Shown here piece by piece: positions 40,330 to 51,531 of a DNA stretch of 64,000 nucleotides. The notes under the pieces are model-generated. The model worked only from the letters and a program-made list of their open reading frames with translations. It was not told the origin of the DNA and did not search any database. Position numbers and translations under genes: made by a program. Origin of the DNA: Iphione sp. A-MEVVRFRX5. Lineage: Eukaryota. Where the stretch lies: NCBI GenBank assembly GCA_976226885.1, contig OZ320314.1:100688001-100752000 (forward strand), read 5' to 3'. The first letter of the stretch is position 1. Every line of letters starts with the position of its first letter.

Positions 40330-40700
40330 GAGCTGATAGACTTCGTGCGGAATAAGCCGATCTTAGTGTAGCCTGACCCCCGTGACCATCTCCATACTAC
40401 CGACCCGCTCCGTTCCGGTTCGTTCCGCTCTGCTCCGTTGCGTTCGAGACAAATCGATATGGGTGCAATCCGACCGGAAGTGAGACCCCTGGCGCATGTG
40501 CCGCCGGAAGTCAGCAGTCGCCGCACGCGCACAGGTCAGCGACACGGGCGACATTTAATAGCACGGCGAGCGACATTCGCACGCGAACAACAACGGGCGT
40601 TGCTAAGGGCGTTGCTAAGGGAAGTTAGATGCTGGCGGTCACGGCTGGAGAGCGAATGGTCAGAATGTCCCAGCGCCTAGACTCCCTGCATTCCCCGCTC
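40330..40700. promoter_or_regulatory. CpG-dense promoter-like module, probably transposon-derived
   Basis: Very high CpG density, two ETS-type CCGGAAGT sites (40474-40481, 40504-40511), a degenerate (GYTCC)n pentamer run, and tandem GGGCGTTGCTAA x2 at 40595-40618. Confidence 0.4.
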
Positions 40701-42885
40701 TCTTCATCCCCCTCCCCCCTCGCACTTGGTACACTTCCTCCCTCGCACCATGTCATCTTTCTGCGATGTGACTCCTGCTTTCCTGTCCTGTTTCTCGAGT
40801 CAGCTGTACACTTGGTACGTGCCTTTTTACAATAAAATTGGATTTTTTTGGATTGCTCACATATTTAACTCTATACAGCTGTTGCTGCCTTTGCTCCTGC
40901 TTTAACCTGCTTAAAGCTACATATGCCTTGCTACTTTCACTCTCCTGTACTTGTATTCCACTCTATTATTCTAGGCTATTTTCCTGCTCAACCCGGCAAT
41001 TTACTTTACCTAGTCCTCATTAGCCACTCTTTCGTCCCCAACTCTAGCTCCTGTCCTTCTATCATTAATTTCTCTCTATCTCATGCGCTCCTTTCCTCCT
41101 TCTATGATTTTCTTTACATTTCCCTGCCGTCTCTTTATCTTTCACTCAACCTCTTTGATCGCCCTCTTTTCTACATCTCTTTCTATTTCGCCTTCAATGC
41201 CCAGACATGCTCGCCCTCCTCACTCCCAGGAGTTGAACCTATTGCTTCAATGTTCTACAATTTGCACAGTCGGCCGTCACCACGAAGGAGTAAACGCCCC
41301 TTTGCCTAACGAGTTTGCCTTCATCATTAGTCTCCCATTACAACCGAATTTCGGCCGTCCTGATAGCGGGATCCCACCGCTCGTTCACGCAGGCATTTGG
41401 GGGCTCTTTCAAACTAACCACTATTTGAACTGTCATTTGAATTTCTCGGGATTAACGTAGGGAGGCTTGGGTTGCCGCTGCTAAGTAAACCAGACTCGGT
41501 TTGGTTCAAGCTGACAAACATCAGTGCTGGTTGCTGTTGGAGCACTGGTAAATGAGTTTGACTTGTGAGAGGTCCTAAGGGGACCTTTTCCCAGTTTATA
41601 CTGAATGACCAATGCCCGGAAAATTAACTTTGTCAGCATTAAGAGGGACTTTCCATGATGATTCTGATGATTTCAAGTCTAAAAGTCCATAAATATTTAC
41701 TTCCTATCATCTTAATAGCTGTTTTATATGTTCTGACGTATTAACTCTATACTGGTGGACGGGAAGGCGTCAGTAATAACCCAGATGTTTGAGCATATTC
41801 TTGTGTTACCCTACTTGGGGTATTACCAATGCCTTTACATAAGAAATGGCTACAAAAGCGTGAGCAATATGATGGCGGCATCATCTATTATCCTTTTGTG
41901 AACCTGTTCGTAGAATCAGTTAGTGAACAGAAATCCCCCCCCCCCCATTTTCGTTATGATCCGTGTAGCTTTATATTTCTCACTCTTCAGAAATACACTG
42001 TCTAGTAAAGGGATAATTATACGCATGAATGAACTAACCTTAGTCTAGACACGAGTTGAAAGGACTTACAGAAAAACTAAGCCGGCGCTCTTTTCTCCTG
42101 GGTAATATGGCTGGTAATGTGCGTGGGCCTGCCCTCATCAACAGTGAGTCCCCGCTCTATTCCAGTCAGCTGCTCACTGTTCATGCCTCAGACTCCCTTC
42201 GCGAAGGCAGTAGGGCTGTGGATATTAACGTGAACTCCTACGCCGAGCTCAAATGGGGATTACTTATTATTGCGTCTCCCTGCTGCGGTATACTTCAGTG
42301 GTACCGGCCTTTCTCTGTCCGAAGAAAATCAAATGAGATCGAAACTTTTAAAATTGTGTCTCCTGAAAGAGCTGAGATGTAAAGATAAGTGTGGTAAGGA
42401 ACCGTGGTCATTTTATTGTTCTACCTTTTTAGTGCTGCACCCACTGCATGTATATAGCCCAAATCACATTATATTATACATTTCAAATCATTTCTGGACG
42501 CAGATTTAATAAAGGAATATAACTAAGTCAATAATCCTGGTTCAAGTGCCCAAACGTGTGTTTGAATTTATATTGGCTCATAAATGTAAGGTGTACATTA
42601 CCGTTAGGAGGCAGGACCCTACTAAGTTTAGGTTGCTGAAAAATCATAATATACATTCAGTCGATCAAAGATAATTAACTCTCATGCAAGTTTGGTCTTA
42701 TGTCTCAGAATGCAGGTGTCTCTTTTAAGAGGAAGCATTCAGCCTCTATCATAGGCTACATTAGAGATAAAGGATGTGATGGAGAGACTTTGGTACTCGG
42801 AATTCGAATGGTGCCATTTCCATTTCGGTATGGTTAAATTCCAAATGATAATATTTATTATGCAGTTCACTACTATAAAACTCTT

Positions 42886-43038
42886 CAGGCCCGTAGCCAA
42901 GGGAGTATCAGGGGTATCGGCCGATACCCCCCATAGACATTGATAGACCTTCATACAGCTAAAAAAAATTAGCTCCACCTGTAGGGTATTGGGGGTATAA
43001 TCCGATACCCCCGACAAAACGTTCTGGCTACCGGCCTG
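42886..43038. mobile_element. 153-bp MITE with 14-bp TIRs (hAT- or Harbinger-like, unresolved)
   Basis: TIRs CAGGCCCGTAGCCA and TGGCTACCGGCCTG (13/14 match), internal GGGGTATC...GATACCCC palindromes. The flanks share only CTT; there is no 8-bp TSD. Confidence 0.7.
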
Positions 43039-43981
43039 CTTGGACAACTTCCACCCACTGGTTGTCTTGATAGTGGTTTTATTGTACATGTGTCTAAATT
43101 TTCCTAAATAATAGATTTACCTACTGCAATGTTCATGTTTTTGCTATCAATTTGTATGCCGCTTTCAAGAGAGTTCATCAAAGTCAATTACACTGTTGAA
43201 ACTTGTAACCCAAAATACGTTGGGGACCTTTTGATGCTTACATAGAGCGTACCTCAATAATCAAGGGTATATATGGTCGACTAGGACGACCCCTACCCGG
43301 GCAGGTATACGTCACAGCGTTCGGGGCGGCATGTTCTCGCCTCCCGTGTGGAGATTGCTCCATTTGTAATCATTTCCGGAGACAGACCCAGTCCATCTAT
43401 GCACGGCAGGTGTAAGAAAATTGCCTTTTAATTGGAATAGGCCCGGCCCCTACCCTTACTATAATCCTTAGGGAAGAAGGAAAGGTCCGAGAGTAGGAAC
43501 GGGACAGCTGGTGGTTTCGGGGAAGGCTTTCTGTCTTGAATTAAGGGTTCAGCTTAGGTACATGTGAGTTATGATAGGAAGGGTTGGACGCGTTTATGGC
43601 CAGGAGGGCAAAGGTTACTGCCATCGGGAAATAGGAATAGTGGGGCTAGAGAAACGGAAGAGAATATAAGGAAAGGACCGACCTGTAATAAGAAAGGAAC
43701 ACAGAAATGAAACTGAAAATAGTAGCAAATATGGATAATTGAAGTACTGCAGGAGGCGCAGTAGTATAGTATCCCATGAATACACCAGGGGGCCTATCCA
43801 TATATAATGGGCTGCACTTGGCGCCTAGGCCTCAATCCAGTCCTGCTGCGCCTCCGTTCTCGTTTGGTACTATAAATAGCTGACCAGCGGAGTGACCGCC
43901 GGAGTCACCGACGTAATACCTACGGCTTTACCGGCGCACTACCGACATCGAGTGCATAGCTGACTGCCGTTTCTGAGCAAA

Positions 43982-44971
43982 ATGCCGGCTGACGACCAGT
44001 CACAAACAGATCTCCCATCAGCTATACGAGAGTTAACCCAACGTATGAAGGTACTGGAGGCGAAAATAGACAAAGCAGACAAGGAGAAGGACAAAGAGAA
44101 GGACAAGGGACCGAAGTCGGAGAAGGACCAACTTACCAAGGGCTCTGCAGTACTTACCAGACTAGCCCACAAGCGTGCGAAGAGCGAGGCCACCGGTGGC
44201 CCCACACCAACCAACCTCGGTGCTGACGACACACAAGATAACAATGAAGACCTCGACCTGGACACCTCTCAAGAGGATTTGCCCCCCTACGATGAGCTGA
44301 GGGACCTAGGGGAGGACAATATGGACGAACTGCTACATGCAGTATATCCAGACTTCCTCCAGTTTAGAGGTAAGCGGCGATTCTCGCCGGCCTGGTATGT
44401 CTACCAGGCAGGGAGTGAGAAGCCAAGCCTTCCTTCACTGACTGTGTTCCAGTATATGATAGGCCTTCTCAACATGTACACCGCAGATAGACTCCCTCTA
44501 GACATAGACAGGAAGGACATTCTTGCCCACATGAAAGACTTCTGTTATGAGGCCTCTTATCTGCCATGGCCACCAGTATGTAAATGGGTTGGGGAGGTAT
44601 GGGACGGAGTGAGCTCGAAACGTTTTACTCTAGGCAATTCACACTATGTTCAGCAACATAAGTCAAGAGCAATTAACGAGTTTTTACAAACAGGTCCAGA
44701 CCATTCCTCCCTACCCTTTGTAACATGTCAAAAGTGGCTCCAAGGCAAATGTAAAAAAGATTCGAGTCACTCAAGTGGTCAATATCTAGTATCTCACGCA
44801 TGCCCTGTCTGTAACTTTGTACTTAATAAGACTCTGGACCACAAACTCGAAGCCTGCAGGCAAAAGAAGAAGCTATTGAAGGACCAGACCGAGAAGAGGC
44901 AGTGGCCCCAGGAGCAGCAACCCCAGCCGCAGAGACGGACACCAAGGCAGGATGGTTGGCAAGCAGCATAG
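43982..44971 (+). CDS. gag-like ORF1 of YR retrotransposon (element A), 329 aa
   Basis: ATG start about 110 nt after TATAAATA. N-terminal coiled coil, acidic linker, and C-terminal Cys/His cluster CQKWLQGKC..H..HACPVC. Overlaps the RT frame. Confidence 0.85.
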   Translation: MPADDQSQTDLPSAIRELTQRMKVLEAKIDKADKEKDKEKDKGPKSEKDQLTKGSAVLTRLAHKRAKSEATGGPTPTNLGADDTQDNNEDLDLDTSQEDLPPYDELRDLGEDNMDELLHAVYPDFLQFRGKRRFSPAWYVYQAGSEKPSLPSLTVFQYMIGLLNMYTADRLPLDIDRKDILAHMKDFCYEASYLPWPPVCKWVGEVWDGVSSKRFTLGNSHYVQQHKSRAINEFLQTGPDHSSLPFVTCQKWLQGKCKKDSSHSSGQYLVSHACPVCNFVLNKTLDHKLEACRQKKKLLKDQTEKRQWPQEQQPQPQRRTPRQDGWQAA

Positions 44972-45710
44972 ACGACGGGCAACGACAGCACAACATAGAC
45001 TTGATACAATCCGAGCTTTTTAATTATTCCCGTAATATTACTTACCTTTCAGATTATCCACCGTTATTAGGCAAATGTGTTTCACATGTGTTGTGTTCCT
45101 GGCCTAACCCAACAGGGAACACCCAAACCGATGATGTACTCATGTATCAAAAGGTTAGAGCAACAGGCCGCCTCAATATGTTAAAGGCTAAGCTTCAGGT
45201 CTCATCATGCTTAAATATACCAATGTGGTCTCAATTATTACGTTCCAAGTATCCTGAACAGAACTTCATCTTAGACTCCCTCAAATATGGTTTCCCCCTT
45301 GGTTGCCAAGAGTTTTCCCTACCCACGCCGCTTCTACCCGCCTTTCAATCAGCTCTGGACTATCCAGACGCTGTCTCTATGTATGTCGACTTAGAGCTAG
45401 AAGCAGGAACCTTATTAGGCCCATACCATAGCCCCCCCTTTGAACCGTTCATAATTAGCCCAATAATGACACGCCCCAAAGATGCTCACGTGAGACGCAT
45501 AATAGTGGACCTCTCCTATTCAAAGGTTAATGACACAATTCCAGACCACGATTATTACGGTTCAGAAGTTCATCTAACCCTCCCTTCAACTCAAAATCTG
45601 TCAATAGTACTATCTAAGGCACCCCCAACTGCATATCTGTTTTCTGTCGATATACAAAAATGCTACCGGCATTTCCCAGTCGATCCCTTACACTGGCCCC
45701 TTTTAGGTCT
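44902..45710 (+). pseudogene. Reverse transcriptase of YR retrotransposon, truncated after domain 3
   Basis: LKYGFPLG, SALDYP, GPYHSPPF, ISPIMTRPK, RRIIVDLS, DIQKCYRHFPV, WPLLGL. Homology stops at about 45710; the LPFG and YxDD motifs are absent. Confidence 0.9.
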
Positions 45711-46095
45711 CCAAGGTCTTAGGGTTCGGACGAGCCATTTTCTTACCTACAGTTTCTAGTGCTGCCGGATACATATGGGTGAATATTTCTTGTATTTTTG
45801 AAGCTGCTTCCGTCTTAAGAGCTGCTGGGTGAGGTGGAGGTGACGATTCGCTTGAATTGTCGTTGTCCGCGGGTGTGCTTGTACCGGCTGTAGAGGTGGA
45901 CTGACCCTCGGCCATTTTGGCCGCGGCAGCCCGTGTGGTGACATTAGGCGCTGATGATTTCTTTGAAGACTTGGAATCCTTGGATTCCTTGGGCTCCAAA
46001 TGTTCCAGCCTGTCCTCGATTGATTTCATCCTGTCGAGGATCTTCAGCAATATTTCACCGTCCTCATCTGATATCCCTTTCTGTGGGTCCGGCAT
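45703..46095 (-). pseudogene. Inverted N-terminal gag fragment of a second, diverged YR retrotransposon (element B)
   Basis: MPDPQ..LLKILDRMKSIEDRLEHL vs gag A MPADD..IRELTQRMKVLEAKIDK, and EIFTHMYPAALETVGKK vs ELLHAVYPDFLQFRGKR. About 195 nt of putative 5' UTR continues to about 46290. Confidence 0.8.
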
Positions 46096-46292
46096 TGTGG
46101 CAGCTTACACGTCTGACCCGCAGGTAATCAAATCAGCGAATGCTAATTACCTATGTACTAAATATATCCTCGCGGGGACGTCTGCAGAAGCCAACAGGCG
46201 GCAGCTCTGTCAATGCCTCGTAATACCTTGCAATCCCCTAGGGAGTAGCTTACAAATATATTATTCAGTACAGGTCCCCAGGTGTCTTGGGG

Positions 46293-46669
46293 CATGCCAT
46301 ATTGCAGAACTGGAAGCTCTAAATGTAGCCCTAGCAATAAGGACATTTCTACCCTCATTATCAAGGGGTATAACGGTACAAGTGTTCTGTGATAATAAGG
46401 CAGCAATAGACACCTTCAAATCAGGTAGAGGCAAGGACAAGTGTATTTTAATGGCTTCTCGTGCTATTTGGTTCACAATGGCAAAATGTCAGATAAACTG
46501 TTTATTTACACATTTGGCCGGGGCAAAAATGATATTTGCGGACGCATTATCCAGGATTCATTTAGCTCCTAAGTATAAGGCAATAGTAGCCCGATTTAGA
46601 CAGCAATATCCTCTAGCACAAAAAATCGAGATTAAAGAAAAGAAAATACAAAAATTATTGACCTTCTGA
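46293..46669 (+). pseudogene. C-terminal part of the RNase H domain of YR retrotransposon
   Basis: HIAELEALNV, VFCDNKAAI, HLAGAKMIFADALSR are RNase H motifs of DIRS/Ngaro pol. The N-terminal half is missing. Confidence 0.85.
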
Positions 46670-47637
46670 TTGCAGATCCTAAACTGAAATCACTAGCGAG
46701 GAGGGCTGCAGTAAGACAGACAAGGGCTGTAACTGTCTCAACATTTAAGGCGAAGGCTAGGGCAATGAAACTATTCATAGGATTTACCATCTACTACAAC
46801 ATCACATGGCCCCTCATCACTACGGATGAGGTCCTGATGTTCCTCGAATACTTGGATCACGTTTACCGGAATCCAGATTCAGTTTCACAGGTTATTTCGG
46901 CTGTCAGGTACTTCTTCCAGTTAGCAGACTTGCCCACAACGCCTCTCCTCCACCCGAAGATAGATTTTGCCCTTAAAGCTATTAAAAAGCACTCAACCCA
47001 CCAGATTTCGAGGAAACTGCCTATTTCTCCACAAATTTTAAAGTCATACGTCTCGTTTTTGTCAAGAATGGGAAGGCTTGGAATTGTGCTAAAAGCCATA
47101 TATTTATTCATGTTTTACTCCCTATTAAGGCAGAGTAATCTCTTAGTCACACACCATGAGCCCTTTAACCCCGAAAAACAATTACAAAAGAAAGACATTT
47201 CCTTTACACAGCAGGGATGCCTGATCACCATAAAATGGTCAAAAACTATCTCAAAGTTAAACCCACAGAAGATTTTCATCCCTGCCCTTCCCTCACCCCT
47301 CTGCCTGATTAAGGCCCTTAAGAATTCTCTAAGCCTTTTCCCCCATGCTCCACGAGAAACAGCATTGTTCTTAGACCCATACACCTATCAACCATTTACA
47401 GTTAAACAGGCAGCCGACAGCCTTAAATACCTGAATAAGGCTATCGGCTTAGACACAACGGCATATTCCCTCCACTCATTTAGGAGAGGGGGGGCTACAA
47501 CCCTACAGCTAAAGGGTGCCACGAACGAGTCTATAATGGCTTTGGGCACATGGAAAAGCCAATCTGCTTTTCAGAAGTACACCTCTAACACCATAGAGTC
47601 ATATAAGGCGGCAATGGTGTTTAGAGACAAGCACTGA
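46636..47637 (+). CDS. Tyrosine recombinase (lambda-integrase family), intact; frame open from 46636, first ATG at 46765
   Basis: Catalytic residues present: LLRQSNL (R), WSKT (K), HSFRRGGAT (HxxR), GTWKS (W), FQKY (Y). Confidence 0.95.
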   Translation, partial: RKENTKIIDLLIADPKLKSLARRAAVRQTRAVTVSTFKAKARAMKLFIGFTIYYNITWPLITTDEVLMFLEYLDHVYRNPDSVSQVISAVRYFFQLADLPTTPLLHPKIDFALKAIKKHSTHQISRKLPISPQILKSYVSFLSRMGRLGIVLKAIYLFMFYSLLRQSNLLVTHHEPFNPEKQLQKKDISFTQQGCLITIKWSKTISKLNPQKIFIPALPSPLCLIKALKNSLSLFPHAPRETALFLDPYTYQPFTVKQAADSLKYLNKAIGLDTTAYSLHSFRRGGATTLQLKGATNESIMALGTWKSQSAFQKYTSNTIESYKAAMVFRDKH

Positions 47638-50600
47638 AGGCTTGCGTAATTATTGCTGGGCTTGGCATCATATATGTGTAAACCAATGGTGTCAACAAGT
47701 GTCTTTGTCTGCCTGTTCACATTTGATGTATAATCACAGCAGGCTTCATTGATAGGTGAGGGGTAGAGTACCCCTCCCCTCTGATGGTTGGAATCATTAT
47801 ATGCCAAAGTTATTTGTTTCATATTAAATATTATTAGTTTACTAAGTTGTCGGTGTTGTTTTGTTCGGGATACGATAATAATCCGATTAACAAACATAAT
47901 CTTCAATATTTGACCGATGTCAGTCGACTTAGTGGTCTTGCCTTGCGGTGTCGGGGATGGTCCTGAGTGCGTTTCAATGGGTCGATGGGCTTTGGTGTAC
48001 GGTCCATGCCTGTGAATTAGGGTTCAGGCTTGGTTAGGCATGCGTTAAGGGAATACGCAAGGAAACCCTCGCAAGGAAAAGGGCCAAGGTCACTACTGAC
48101 GTAAACCTACTATGACCGGCAACGGAAGGCTGTCAGTTATAGGGAAGGGGACCTAGCGAAGAAGGTTAGGAGACGAGGAAGAATAAAATGATAATTATGT
48201 AAATGTGTTTTCCTTTTCTAGGCTTACATGTTTCATTGCATGCAAAATAGTCTCTGATCGGGCACTTGTTACTTGAAATTATGATCTGGTGAGAAAGAAG
48301 AGAATATACTTTAATGGTAAATATTAGAAGTTGTAGGAAATACGAATGGCAGGCATAGAAAAGAAGTATCAAGAGGCAAAGGCAAAGGTAAAGAGACAGA
48401 CAAAGTTTGAAAGAAGAGAGTGGTGGTTAACCTAGCAGCAGGGTACAAAATGTACAGTGAAGAGGAGGTAACAAAGAGTTTCATCTCCATGAGGAATAAC
48501 AAAATCTTAGCAGTAGGGTACTGGCTTGCAAAGGAATTACCTCGTGATTGAGCTACTAGACATAACGAGAAGGATATAGGAGATCAATAGAATATGTAGG
48601 AGCAACCTTGTGGAGTAAACTAGATAGGGAAATTACAGAGCTTGAATGGGATGGATTTAGGCAATACTTAAGGAAACAAGGAAAAAAGTACAAGTTGTCC
48701 TTTAAGATAGGTTAGGCATGATGAAGTCCCCATGTTATGTTCACAGGTGTATCAAAAAGGCAGAACTTTACATTTACGAGAAATTATCACAAGCGTGTAT
48801 CTTGATAGAAATCTGGGAAAAATTCGACTTGACATTGATACCTATGCTATCTTCTATCTTAGCAAATGGTTTGAGTTTAAGGTACGGGCCATGTAGCGCT
48901 GCCCCTGGCGATATTACACAGACCAACTTTTTTCTGACTTGAGATAAAAAATCTGGGGGGACAAGAACATGGAGCAGCATGCAGCTCCTGTCTGTTTAAA
49001 CCCCATTAACAAGGCGAATGCTGGATTAAAACCCACTTTTTCTTCCTTTCTTCCTTTTCTTTTTTCCTTTATCTTAAGGTCAGATGTATTATGCCTAGTT
49101 GTCTAAGCTACTCAAACTCGTCAGTATTCCAGTTATATTTTTCACATTACTCTTTTTGCCTTTGCTCAGACATTCTGTCGTGTTAAGGATGGTGAGGACC
49201 AAACAACATAGTGTAAACACATAGAAATTAATGATATACATAGAATTACTAATATTTACTACTAGTATTGAAGCATCTTGCATTAAAATATTTCAAGCGG
49301 ATTCATCCATACATGGAGCACTGCCCCTGTATGGTAATGAACGCAACTATGAACACTCTATCTTCTAAAAATTGCTTTTTTAGTACTACACAGGAAGTTC
49401 CAAAATCATCATTTTTCGCTTATCATCCATATGTGTTTTCATTGTAATTATGAAGGTAATCTGGATGCTACATACATTATATGTATAATTTCTGTCCAGG
49501 GAAAATAAACGTATTAAAAAGAATGAGAGGTGGAGAGAAGGATACACAATAAGCCACAATTAAGAGACAACATTAGAAAATAAGGCACATAAAAATCAGA
49601 CAGTATGAGTCAATTATAGACGATCGGAAAAATAGAGGGAGACTCAAAGAAGCAGTAAATAAAAAGCAAACAGGTGTGTGGAGAGAGGCAGAAAGACAGA
49701 CAGTGGATCAAAAGGAGTGATAAAGGGGGAAAGGATGGACAGACATGTAGAGGAAAGTCGAAAACCAACACTATCCCTACAGGCGGGAATCAACTTTGGT
49801 TTTTTTTTTCAAAACAGGTGAGGGCTAGGAGGAGCATGCCGGAGGAGTAATAGCGGTAGATATAAATTCCTGAAGGAAGATTCATTGAAATGTGAACGTA
49901 CATTGTCAATGACACAATAGAATGGCATTAAAGTCTTTTGACAGGCTCATGTGCAAGACGTCTCCTAAGATATATGAATCTCCAGACCCTAAACAGGAGA
50001 TGCCATGGACATGGGCGAAATGGATTTCAGGGTTTCTCTCAGTGCTGACAGCTACGGCGCCAAAGCACTGCTAGGCGCTAACCCTAGCGCTTATGAACAA
50101 TTACACCCCAGCCTGACACCCGGTAATGACAACCCACTGACAGGGTCAGCCATCACGTGACAACATAGCCCGGGGCGACATCTGGTGAGTGATCGGTACT
50201 CGCACTTCCGGTGGATTCTGCGCAGGGTAAGAGCGGAATAAATGTCTTTCTTGGCGGAGCGTTTCGACGCTTTGTCCCGAATAGCTTTGGGATACATACG
50301 TGCCACTGAGCAGAGACAAACATGGGAAAAGAGGGAAGTTGAGAGTAAGCGAGGTAAGATTGAAAAGAGGTGAGAAGGTATGAGGAGTAAAGTAAGAACG
50401 AAAAGGGGAGAAGGAAAAGAAGCGTTGGGAATAATAAGCTGAAGTATGTAGAATGAACAATACAAGAGGCCGAATATAATTGACCTTGTCGTAGATGTAC
50501 TCACAATTTACACAGAAGATGTTAACAAGAGGAAATGCGCTGAAAAACTAGATGGCTATAAAGACTATGACTTGCTTGTTTTATTCAGGCAATTAAAGTA

Positions 50601-51203
50601 ATAAACACGTATATACATACATACCGTAGCAGAAGCAGGTCTGCTACCCCCAGACTTGGGTTCATGACGCTGCATGAGCGGTACCTCAATGTAGTAGCTT
50701 GTGAATGTTGTTGGACCCAGATTATGATATAGATCTAGTAAATATATTGGAAGAGGTATTGTGAAACGGAAGGTGTATTGCGTTATTGCAAAATCTTGTA
50801 TTACATAAGGCACCAGTGTTTTGCCGGTATATTAGAGGGAATGGTTCTATAAATAAACAGAGGCTCTGTGCACTTTGAGAGAGACACCCAGCAGCATTTT
50901 GCATTTTGAGTGAACAATGCTCATCCGATCAACTCACATCCTGTGATGTCAACATACTGTGTATCCAGGGTACTTCAGTGGATGGAGACGACAGCTTATT
51001 TAATTTTGATACTTGTAACGATTTGCTAACAGGTAAAACATGTGTGTGGATTGGGATTACAAGCTACAAACAGTTAACGGAAATCACATAGGCACCATTC
51101 CCAGAAACACAAGTATCAGTAAAAGATTTTCTTTGTTCCAGTTAGATAATTTGGACAAGGCTTTTACTTACTTTGCTTATATTTTATTATATTTCATTTA
51201 ATT

Positions 51204-51531
51204 GAATCATTAACCAGGAATATATTCACCTATCATCCAGACAGGGCTCTTCCATATCCTCCTGGGGTAGCATACTACCATCTATTGTTGAGAATTGAGA
51301 GACCAGAATACCCAAGGTTGCCCCCTACTCTTACTTCAATTTTTTTCTGGGGTCTTTTTTGTGCATAGGGGACAGACTCTTATACACGCACAGCCTTTTT
51401 AAGAGTTGTGGACCACTCTAGATTGGGGCTATAGTAAATCTGTCTGGTCTTGATCAGGAGTCCCAAGCCCGGGATTGAACCTGCATCCTTTTGATCAGTG
51501 GACCAGTGCTCTACCACTGAGCTAACTCCCC
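51204..51531 (-). mobile_element. tRNA-derived SINE, family 2, copy 2 (better preserved)
   Basis: Head GGGGAGTTAGCTCAGTGGTAGAGC (A-box) and GGTTCAATCCC (B-box). Body and tail homologous to 38709-39031. Confidence 0.9.

Larger units (their letters stand above)
43400..48200 (+). mobile_element. Composite Ngaro/DIRS-type tyrosine-recombinase retrotransposon locus (boundaries approximate)
   Basis: Order gag - RT (partial) - [inverted gag fragment] - RNase H C-terminus - tyrosine recombinase, with overlapping ORFs as is typical of YR retrotransposons. Confidence 0.88.

Noticed and set aside
40310-40365. ELIDFVRNKPIL resembles the start of a MADF domain
   Set aside because: About 12 residues with no continuation.
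45917-46290. N-terminal part of track ORF 45917-46669 as real protein
   Set aside because: It is the antisense of the inverted gag B fragment; only the part after about 46293 is RNase H.
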